A stretch of 64,000 bases of DNA, taken from assembly GCF_009914755.1 (NCBI RefSeq), contig NC_060935.1, one strand, 5' to 3'. The DNA is from the human T2T-CHM13v2.0 reference genome, Homo sapiens. The translations under genes were made by a program, and so were the position numbers. Positions 39,401 to 49,487 of the stretch are shown here, in pieces (the stretch's first letter is position 1; every line of letters starts with the position of its first letter). The notes beneath the pieces are model-generated. The model was not told the origin of the DNA and made no database searches. It saw only the letters and a list, made by a program, of their open reading frames with translations.

Positions 39401-39589
39401 TCTGCTTCCTGGGTGAGGCAATGCCCCATGCTGATTTGGCTCTCCCTCAATGGGCTGTGCCCACTGTCCAACCTGTCCCTATGAGATAAACCAGGTATCT
39501 CATTTGGAAATGCAGAAATCACTCATCTTCTCCATCTAACTTTCTGAGAGCTGCAGACTGGAGGTGTTCCTATTTGGCCATCTTGGAAG
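33463..39589 (-). mobile_element. Full-length L1PA (about PA6-8), inactive
   Basis: The 5' end reads cttccaagatggccaaataggaac on the minus strand. A 307-aa endonuclease ORF at 36548-37471 is followed by RT fragments and a 3' poly-A. Degenerate TSD tgttcacattttttt / tgctcatgttcttct. Absent at the paralogous site near 1855. Confidence 0.95.
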
Positions 39590-39804
39590 TGCTCATGTTC
39601 TTCTGATATACTACTGAATATTTTATGCAGAATTTTTATATATGTATTCATAAGAGAATATGGTCAATAAGTCTCTTTTTGTTATTTTTTTAACAGATTT
39701 GGCATTAGGAACTTTTCTTCTGTTTCCAAAGCTTAATATTAAAATTATGTGTTTGTTTTGGCTTGTGTACAATTTAAATGAAAAATAATCTGATTTTGGC
39801 TACT

Positions 39805-40410
39805 TCTTATTTTTTAATTTTAATTTTTTTCTTTAGATACAAGTGGTCCATATGCAGATTTTTTACATGTGAATATTGCATGATGCTGAATTTTGGAGTA
39901 CGGACCGATCCCATCTGCCTGGTAGTGAGCATCGTACCCAATAGTTTTCTAACCAGCCCCTCTGTCTCTACCCTCTAGTAGTCCACAGCATCTATTGTTC
40001 CCACATTTATGTCCATGTATGATCAATGCTTAGCTGTCAGTTATGAGTGAGAACATGTGGTATTTGGTTTTCTGTTACAGCATTAATTTGCTTAGGATTA
40101 TTGCACTGTGGAAAGTAGTCTGGAAATTTCTTAGAGAAATTAAAACAAAGTTACCATTCAACCAAACAATGCCATTAGTAGGTAAATAGCCAAAAGAAAA
40201 TGAATGATTCTACGCAAATGACACATGCATTTGTATATTCATTGCTGCACTGTTCACAATATGAAAGAAATGGAATCAACCCAGATGCCCATCAATTGTA
40301 GACTGGATTAAAAAAACGTGGTATATATATTCCTGTGGAATACTACAGAACAACAGAAAAGAATAAAATATTGTCCTTTGTAGCAACATGGGTGGAGCTG
40401 GAGGCCATAA
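39805..40410. mobile_element. Paralogous copy of the inverted old L1 at 2062-2670
   Basis: Same inversion junction ttaggattattgcactgtggaaagtagtctgg. Confidence 0.8.
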
Positions 40411-41978
40411 TCCTTGTCCAATTTTTAAACGGTAGATTTTAAATTTAATTTCTCATATTTTATAATAGTTTGTTGAGGTTTTCTATGTTTTTGAAAGTCA
40501 ATTTTGATAGTTTATTTTTGAGGGATAACATCCATTTCTTTTATCAATAAATATGTTGCCTTTGAGTAGTATATAATCCTCTATTATAATTTTTTTGTTC
40601 TTTTCTCTGTTTGCATTCTCATCTCTCATACTCTACGCTTATTTTTTTATTTTTGTTTTTTCTCTGTCTCTCGTATTTCCTTAAAATACCTTACCAGAAG
40701 TTTATCCCTCTCTCTCTTCTCTTTCTGTTTTTGCCATTTAAAAATGAACTCTGGTTTTTATATATCCTTTATACTATGTCTTGTTTTCCATTTCATTATA
40801 GGTAGCTTTCATTTTTTATAGATGGTTCCATTTGTTTTCTTCTAGTTTACTTTGATAATCTTTTTATAATTCCTTGAATATTTACTTGGCTATTTTCAGT
40901 CATTTTTAAAAATCTGGTCTTTTAAAACATCTACTATTTTAAATTCATGGAAGTTTTGGTTTCGGCCATATTCAGGAACTTCCTTTCATAAAAACACTCG
41001 CAAATTCTTGAAGTTTTCTTTAAAATTAGTCACACTATTTTCTCTTTTTTCTAAAATAATATTCACTGCTAAAACTCTCATACTTATTGTTTATATTTCA
41101 CCCAAGAAACAGAAATTCATCTTCCCATGAAGTTTGTGGCTTGCCAGAAGGTGATCACCAGTCTATTTTTTTAAACCCATAAGTCTAACACCACATAAAT
41201 TACCCAGAGTGCTGCCAAAATTTCAGCTATTTCATTCTATTTTGTGGGCTTCTGGCTTTAAAGACAGTGTCACTCTTTCAATAGGCTGATATCCTGTAGG
41301 CTTGGGAAAAGGCTGTGTCTCATTAATGTTTATATTCACTAAAGCATCTTGCCCAAGCCCTGGACACTAGATTCTAGGACACTATAGATTCTAGGTGTCT
41401 GGTGAAACAGTAGGCACTAACATTTAGATAATTCACAGCTAAATTTATTTTGAGCCAAGTTTAAGGACTTAATCCTAGAGATACAGCCTCAGTACATCCC
41501 AGGATGTGTCACACAGGAGGTTACGTGGGGGCACAGTATATATAACAGGGGGATACCTGTGGCCCAGGAGGTGAGAAAAGCAGGGAGAGAAGCAACTGAT
41601 GCAATCTGATTCTGCTGGGTTCTCGGTGATGCTATATATAAAATAAAGTAAGTGTGCAATTGAGTGAGTAGGGAGAAAGGTGAGGCATCTTAAGGCCTGG
41701 TGGAAGGTGGCTGATTTCATCCTGTCTTCTTTCTGGATCTGATAAGCAGTTTTATAACCAGTACCTGTCACTGAAATATTTAACAAACTCCAGTTACGCA
41801 GGCAAGAGGTCAGCAGTAGCTTATAAGCCTAGGTTTTATTATCCGTGTGCCCACCTGCAGCCATCATGGGCCACTGGTAAAATTTTCTTTTGAACTTTCA
41901 TTTTTCTGATAATTGCAATCAGTGAGAGGTGAAGAAAAAGTTCAATTGAATGATCTGAACTTTCACCATCCTAAACAG

Positions 41979-42104
41979 GAGATGACTGATGACGTGGATT
42001 CATACACAAATGTACATTGTATGTTCTCCAAAGAGACTAAAAAATCACAAGAAGTTTTGAAATATGTGAGATCATAAACTGGAAACAGATACTCCAAATC
42101 CATG
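41979..42104 (+). pseudogene. GLYATL1-like pseudogene, exon 3 (126 nt vs 127)
   Basis: EMTDDVDSYTNVHCMFSKE... with a 1-nt deletion at about 42063. Donor GT changed to AT (catg|ataaca). Confidence 0.92.
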
Positions 42105-42383
42105 ATAACAAGTCTGAAGAAATGGGCAAGCAGCTGTTCTTCTCAAATTGAGTCATCAACTAATATTATTAGCATCACCTGAGAGCTCAATAGAAATGTA
42201 AATTTACAAAAACTCTGGGGACTGGGAGAAGTAGAGCAATCTGTGGTGTGACAAAGACTCCAGCAGATTGTGGTGTAAACTCAAGTTTGATAACGACTAA
42301 GCATTGATGTATTAATCAGGTGGGAGCAGTGTAAGTAGAGAACTCCATGTCTGACAATATTGCTTTCTTGGCTTTCTTCCCAG

Positions 42384-42560
42384 GTCTTCAAGAAAGTTTA
42401 GGTGAGGGGATAAGAGTGGCTGCATTTTCAAAGTCACTGAAGGTAGAGCAATCAAGAGCAGTCCTCTTTATTATGGAGAATATCCTGAAGTTCCATGACT
42501 CCAATAAAAGCAAGCTGGAAGCTGAGCTGAGTCAGGCCACCCAGATGATGAATTTGAGAG
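42384..42560 (+). pseudogene. GLYATL1-like pseudogene, exon 4 (177 nt vs 178)
   Basis: GLQESLGEGIRVAAFSKS... with a 1-nt deletion (ctt to ct), TGG changed to TGA, and the donor GT deleted (gagag|acaaaa vs aaag|gtacaaaa). Confidence 0.92.
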
Positions 42561-42813
42561 ACAAAAACATGTGCTGGTCATTTATAATTGCTATTCCTTG
42601 TACATTTTTGTTATTCACATAAGTGAGTTTTGGAATGAAAAGAGGATGAATTCATGCTTTGGGATGAATAAAAGTTGTCAATGGTCAAAATACACAGCTT
42701 GCAATGGTGGGTCATTAGACAAGAAGAGTCCCTGGGATCTCTAGAATGTGATGGCACCCAGAAATTACAGGGGTGAGGATGAATGTTGTTGTCTTTCTTT
42801 TTGTTTTCTATGG

Positions 42814-43231
42814 TGAAACTCCCAACTTTAAGAATGCCCTGTTGGTTATCTCTTATTCAGGGCTGGTAAATGATAACTGGAGGTGCAGGAAGAATGAGAG
42901 GAGCTGGCGTTACATCAAGCACTGTATAGGAGGCCTGCCAGCAGCCTGTATGCTGGGTCCAGATGGGGCTCCGGTATCATGATTAACCTTGGACTCTTCT
43001 TGTGATGTAGGAATAGCCTACAGCATGGAAAAATACCAAAGGGCAGACGACATGGCACGGGTGATCATGGGATTCATGAAATATCTGCATCAGAATAATA
43101 GTCCATTTTACTTCTCTTTTCTAGAAGTAAATGATGACTCCCACAGATTTGTGGGGCAGTTCTGTTCCTTTGAGGCCACGTGTAAGTACCACCAATGGAC
43201 CTGATACCCGGAGAATCTAGTTCCATTTTAG
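42814..43231 (+). pseudogene. GLYATL1-like pseudogene, last exon
   Basis: Acceptor CAG changed to TGG. In-frame TGA at 42980-42982 and 43202-43204. Same 418-nt length as 5124-5541. Confidence 0.93.
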
Positions 43232-44230
43232 ACAATGAAGCTACCTAGCTATCTTGTGCAAGCCATCTCTTAATATATCCGTAGAAGAAACCATAGAATA
43301 GGTTTCTTCACTTACAAATGTTTATTCGGCATTTATGATATGCCAGGAGCTTTTCTAACATAGAGACTTGATGTTAGAAGACACAGCCATGCTCTTGTGG
43401 AACTTACAATCCAGGCTGGAGGCAGGGGAGAGTCTAGTCTTTAAATATGCATAAGTGTAGTAGGGAAGGACGGGTTTAGTAGTAAACATGTAACTAGAAA
43501 GCCAGGCTCAGTTCTTACCTCTTAGAATCAGAACTCTTTATGAAATGTGGTTGACAGAATCTGCTATCTGGAAGATAAATGAAGGACTTTAATAAAATTG
43601 TCATTAGAATATACCTAATCTATATGGATACTTTATTGGAAATAAATAACCCTGATATATATGAATTGAGGCAATGGCTACACTAAAGAATGGAATCAGT
43701 CTCTTTGTTTAGTGACTAGCAAGGTATCAAAGTAAAGTCTCAGACAAATGGCTTTCCTAGGCTACCTTTCATCATTGTTACGCAGAAAAGGAAATCTAGA
43801 GAATCAAGTGGACTGGCCTTGGGGCCTCTGCTATGGAAATAACATTTGTTGTGCCTCCTTTCTCCTACTCTTTCTCACTTCCTCATCATTATTGAAGCAT
43901 GGCACAGGGCAAGGTGTTGCATGTGAATCTGGTTATAAGTTCAGCATTTGGTGTTTGCCACTGCTATCTTAAAGGGTCACGGGCATTCCAGGGGAAGTGA
44001 CCACTAAGGTGAGGACTGGAGAGTGAGTAGGAGTGAGCCAGACAAAAAAAGCGGAAAATCTAGATGATGGAAAGGACACATGCCATGCACTATCATTAGA
44101 ACTTTCTATTTGAGCGCTTATATTACAATTCTGAATCGCTGATCTTAAAAACAATTACACTTCATGATCAAAAGGTGGCCTCCTTTGGCTCTGGTCTTCC
44201 ACTCTGCCATTCATATTTGCCATTGGAACT

Positions 44231-44470
44231 CTGCTAACATGGTGAAACCCCGTCTCTACTAAAAATACAAAAATTAGCTGGGAATGGTGGTACATGCCTG
44301 CAATCCCAGCTACTTGGGAGGCTGAGGCAGGAGAATTGCTTGAACTGGGACCTGGGAAGCAGAGGTTGTAGTGAGCCAAGTTCACATCACTGTAGTCCAC
44401 CCTGGGCTACAGAGTGAGACTCTGTCTCAAAAAAAAAAAAAAAGAAAGAAAGAAAGAAAGAAAGAAAAAA
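44231..44470 (+). mobile_element. 5'-truncated AluS with A/(AAAG)n tail
   Basis: Begins late in the left arm at ctgctaacatggtgaaacccc. Confidence 0.88.
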
Positions 44471-44782
44471 ATTGGAAGGCAGAAGGAAATGTGAGTGCAG
44501 AAGAGAAGAATGTGATGCGATGATGATGAAAGCAGAGAGATAAAACATGATGTGATTCAGAGACCCAAGCTAAGGAGTGAGGACAGCCTCTATGATCTGG
44601 AAAAGGCAAGGGAGCTGATTTACCCACATTGCCTCCAGAAAGAGCTGGCCCTGCCAACATGTCGGTTTTAGCCCCATAAATCCTATTCTGAACTTCCGAC
44701 TGCCATAAATATAACACATTGTGTTGCTTTAAGTAATCATATTTATCATAATTTGTTATAATGACAAAAGAAAACTAATACA
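44471..44782 (+). mobile_element. MLT1C/D-like LTR, 3' part
   Basis: ctggaaaaggcaagg...gcctccagaa...gccctgccaaca...gaaaactaataca. Confidence 0.75.
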
Positions 44783-45275
44783 TCATAGACATAAGAATCA
44801 TCTTGAAAATTTAAAGTTAAGCTTTAAATTTGCAACTCAACCTAGCAACCCCTTGTGATAAAAAGCAAGTAAGAAAACCAAATTTTCACTCCTAGCCACA
44901 AAATTTAATTTAGCTGAGCATCTCAAAGCTCCTCAGAGGGTACTCAGAATAAAAAGCAATTTTTTTCATCAAAGAAGTCATCTTCATTTAAGAAAGTGTT
45001 GCTATAAAGGGTTATCTTGACACTAATGATTGGCATTGGGTGATTTTAATTCTGAGATGTCTGTCACCATAAATGAAATTATGAGACCATAGGATTGAGC
45101 TTCTAATTTTCTGTAAGAATACAGAGGAAGAGGAGGGTAAAAATGTTAAGGGTGAGCTTAAATAATACCCAGATCCTGGATAATCAGGTGTCTTTTGTGC
45201 TAATGTACATCATCATATTTGTGTTTGAATTAATGATTTTCTACTGATAAGATTTGAAATGGACAGTGGAACTAA

Positions 45276-45684
45276 TCAACAATATTTCTTGGGGATGCAT
45301 TTCCACTGATGCCAGCCACAAGGTCAAATCTTAAACCCAACATTTTTCAGTGCCTGTAGGATTTTCTCACTATTATCTGCCGCATGAGCATAAAATGGGA
45401 TTTCTTTCTGAGAAAGATAACTTTCAAGATGATAACCAATTTGCGACATGTTGCCTTGGTTTCTGTGTTTGGGGACAGTATAACCCATTCTCAACTCACT
45501 GGACTGTCCCATCACAAGCCAAGAGACAAGCTGTGCCTCTGGACCCAGCACACCAAATCCTAGAAAATCCTGGATGCAGCGTTCAATATATTTAAAGCTC
45601 CTCTCATTTTTCCCAAAGGCCCAGTGTTCATTTACAAGACCTGCATGTGAAACACCTAAGAACATGTTTGAAAAGTTTCCTTCC
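45276..45684 (-). pseudogene. GLYATL2-like pseudogene, last exon
   Basis: Acceptor (T)n-cttcatag. Translates EGNFSNMFLGVSHAGLVNEHWAFGKNERSFKYIERC...GFKI*PCGWHQWKCIPKKYC*, with a premature TGA at 45324-45326. Confidence 0.93.
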
Positions 45685-47855
45685 CTATGAAGAAAAAAAA
45701 AATTACCTTTATTCAGCCAATATTATCAAACACTGAAATTCCAATAACACCATTCCTTTCCTTAAGGATCCTACAGCCTAGAGGAGGCAATAGCTGTATT
45801 ACAACTACCTTTTCTATTCCTGCTTCAAAATGTTTCCAAATAATTGGTGGGGGAACACCGTGTTTTATGGTGTATTTAATAGCAGACAGATAATATGATA
45901 TGTTATAGGACATCTCAAAATGTCCCGTTAAGTATCCTAAGGAAGAAAATGAACACGTCTTTAAAAGAGTGAGGATATAGACCAGAGAAGCCCTCCACGT
46001 GGCTGAATTTTCTTGAAAGATGCGTGTATGAAATCATGTGCATTTTGAGTTCTACTCCACAAAATATCTAAATATACAAGATAGTAATTCGTTGAACAGA
46101 TATTCCAATCAAACATATTTTACAGGAAGATGAGAACAATGCTGATCTTACATCTTCATGTGTCCCAAAGCCTGTCATCACATACCCAGAAACGCAGTTT
46201 AAGAAGCTGCAATATAGGAAAAAGAATACTAAATTTTTGGTACTAACCTTTGGGATTCTAATCCTGATTATTTTCTTTTGGAAAAGTTATGTAAGACTCA
46301 GTTTTCTTGTTTGTAAAATTATAGTAATATCCTCTGTAAATATGGAAATAGTGAAAGAGAGAAGATCTCCAGGAATTTTTGCCCCTCTCCAGGGAGGAAG
46401 ACTTTTGAGAAGTTTGTCAGTTTCAGAGTCACTTCATGTTTGCCAGTGGGTGGGTAACAGAACGCTAAGTTTTCTATGGGTGATGCTTTGTTTTTGCTCA
46501 CTTCCATGCCTAACCTGATCCTGGGCTTGCTTCCTGAAAGATCTCAAGTACGCTTTCCTGCACCCCTCTCCTGTGGATAGCCAAACCTAGAATGGCAAGA
46601 TATAAAGATATCCATGCGTAGGCTTAGAGGAATCACCTTAGGGCAGGTACTTCATGCCAGACTTCCAGAGTTATACTACTAAATATAATTTAATCCCCAT
46701 TTATCATTGTTCCCTGTGTATATGTTCCCCTTAACAATCTCATGGGAACACTGGTGGGGCAAAGCAGTATTTGAAGACTGTTAACTTTTCTGGCTAAATC
46801 AAACATATCTGTGAATGTGTGTTTAAATTCTATTTATTTTTTCAATTAGTAACAAAATTATTAAGCATAAATGGATTACTAGAGGAAAGCAAATCTCTCT
46901 TCTTTCTCTGATCTCCTATTACCCAATTACTTTCTCTAGAAGCAACCACTAATACCAATATATTTTGTACAAGTTTCCCATAAATCTATGCAATTTTAGA
47001 TATGTACATACATTTGTTTATTTTCACAAATGGTAGCATACTATATACATTGTTCTATCCACCTCATGTTTTTTTACATAGCAAACTATTTTGGAAATAT
47101 TTTCTAATCTGTCATGTAGAGCTGCTTCATTCTTTGTAATGGCTTCATAGTATTCTAATGTTTTAATGTACCATAATGATTTTTTCTATTTCCCCATTAC
47201 TGGATGTTTAGGTTGTTTCATAAGTTATGATATCACACATTAAATTTATGAAAATCTTACCATCCAGTTTAGAAATATCATTCATTTATTATGCATAGTC
47301 TTTGACTCAACAGTTTTAATTCTGGTAATTCATCTTTCAGAAATATTTATACAACTGTTCAATAATCTATTTATGATGATATTCATTTCAGAAAGTGCCG
47401 TAAATTATGTGTACATATTGCAAAAATAAATACATAACTCATATGGAGTACTAAAAGCATACATATCAGTGTCAAAATTATTTACACCTAGCAGGGGAAC
47501 CCAAGAGGACAGATTTTATTTTTCACTTTGTATGCTTATATACTTTCTATAAGCATGTAGCATTTTGTAAGATATAAATAGTTTCAGTAAACATTTTTTG
47601 ATGCCACCATGATGTCCATTGCCCTCTCCGAAGGACTCTTGTGAGCTCTAAGTGAAATAATATGCATAAAGACCTTGTCTAATGAAGGCTCTGTTCATGC
47701 TCAGCACACAGTTCCTAACGTGACGCCCTTTCTTTACCCATGCAATTTTGTAGCCCATCATAATTTAGTCTCAAATTCTACACTTCCAAGTACAGCCTTT
47801 GTGGCAACTCAATAATTCTATCAAGGAATTTGGGAAGTAAAACGTAAAATCTCAC

Positions 47856-48018
47856 TTCTTATCATCACCCATTTTAAATAACCCCATATTGTCATTACTT
47901 GCAGTCTTGTGTTTCTTTGGTAATTCCGGTATAAAGAGCATGGTTTTCATGTAATCTACCTGCACTGATTTTGAAGTTGCAACCTTTCTTATTGCTTCAT
48001 CCAAGCCCTCCTGTCAAC
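47856..48018 (-). pseudogene. GLYATL2-like pseudogene exon (163 nt)
   Basis: ctctccag|G*QEGLDEAIRKVATSKSVQVDYMKTMLFIPELPKKHK...DDK|gtgag, with TGA at 48014-48016. Confidence 0.92.
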
Positions 48019-48110
48019 CTGGAGAGAGGAGAAAGACAGGTACTGCTTTATACCTTCCATATCAGCTAGGAATAAACCACGCATCTTTTCTTTTAACTCA
48101 GACTAGTTAG

Positions 48111-48232
48111 ATTGGATCTGGAAAGTTTGCTCCCAGTTGATAACCTCGGAGCGTGACCTCCTCTAAGTTGTCAGGAGCTTTGGTGAAGATGTGGTAAGAG
48201 TTGGTGTAATGATCCCAGTCATTTTTTATCTC
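48111..48232 (-). pseudogene. GLYATL2-like pseudogene exon (122 nt vs family 127)
   Basis: EIKNDWDHYTNSYHIFTKAPDNLEEV, a 5-nt deletion, then SEVINWEQTFQIQ. The acceptor reads CTG and the donor reads CT. Confidence 0.88.
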
Positions 48233-49094
48233 CAGATACAACAAATATCATACATAGCCCTACAATTACAAAATACTCTTGCATAGGCCTAGAATACTAG
48301 AGATTAACTTGTTTGAAACATTCTGTTTTTCTAAGATAGGTGTAGAAAATGGCCTTGCAGTCGCTCCAAGAATAACTCACTATTTATACACTGAAGATAG
48401 TGTCTTTCTTTTAGGGCACTAAAGTGAGCTGCCCTTGAGAGGGTGAGTAAATAGCTCCATTGTCTCGAATGGGAAGTGTAACCAAAATGGTGTATGTTAA
48501 GGATTTAAAAGAGAAGGTGCCTAAGGTATGGAAAAAATATAAGAAACAGGTTTGGCAAGGCTCCGGGTTTTTGGCAAGGTGACACCTGAGCTAATCCTAA
48601 CCCAGGAAGGACTCTGAGGCTGGCTCAGTGATTGGCTCTTGGAGTACATGTGAATAGATAAACTTTTGGAAAGAACTAACATTCCAGAGCCAGATAGTAC
48701 CTAGAATAGACAGCTTGGTCTGGCTCTACATGTCTGCCTACCCTCTGCTGATGACACTTCCACTTGAGAGTCCTCGCAGGTGAAAACACTTCTTAATCAC
48801 TTTCAGCCATAGAAGTCTAGGTTGGGATGTAGTCCTATGATCAGAATTTTGATGGAATAGACTGAGTGCTTGGAATCCTAATTTTATTTACACATCCAGG
48901 GTTATTGATCACTGGATCTAAGTTCAAGCCTTATCTCACTGCCCTACCCTCTCTCCCAAACAGCCCTTCCAAAACCTGCATACGTCAACAGTGTCAACAT
49001 TCTTCTCACCACTCCTCAGTTTCAGTTCCCTCATTGCCACACAGAGAATGTCTGGAGAGTGACTGCCCTGGTATTCAGTAACTATTGCTCCTAC

Positions 49095-49202
49095 CTGGTT
49101 CTGAGGCTGAGTAATGATGATCTGGTAATCTGTCCAGGCATCTACCATCACCTCCATTTTGAATGGGTTTTTATGTTTTATGTTGAAAATGGTGCTGTAT
49201 GC
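49095..49202 (-). pseudogene. GLYATL2-like pseudogene exon (108 nt)
   Basis: attatag|AYSTIFNIKHKNPFKMEVMVDAWTDYQIIITQPQNQ|gtagga. Confidence 0.92.
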
Positions 49203-49487
49203 CTATAATGCAACAGAACAAAACAGTAGGGGATGAAGTTTTTCTCCAATGTAAAGTCTTATATGAGGCATGGGAAATAAGGACAAGAAGCCTAGGAGGA
49301 CTTAGGATGGGGCCAGTGCTTCCAAGGTGGTTCATTGGGCTACTCATTGAGAGTTATGTTGCAAAAGGGACCAATAAGCATCCACAAAAATCCATGTTAA
49401 CACCCGAATCATTAGGAACTGGCTTCCCTTATATTCATTCATTTTTTAAAAATTCATGCCATTTCACATTGTAATTGTGAAATGTGT

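Larger units (their letters stand above)
31606..44230 (+). repeat. Segmental duplication copy B (paralogous to 1-6533, plus a 6.1-kb L1)
   Basis: See copy A. Homology probably extends further left, but the partner sequence lies outside the window. Confidence 0.92.

Noticed and set aside
45324-45665. 113-aa ORF as a functional truncated GLYATL2
   Set aside because: Upstream exons carry a stop, a frameshift and broken splice sites, and the ORF ends before the conserved WHQW motif.
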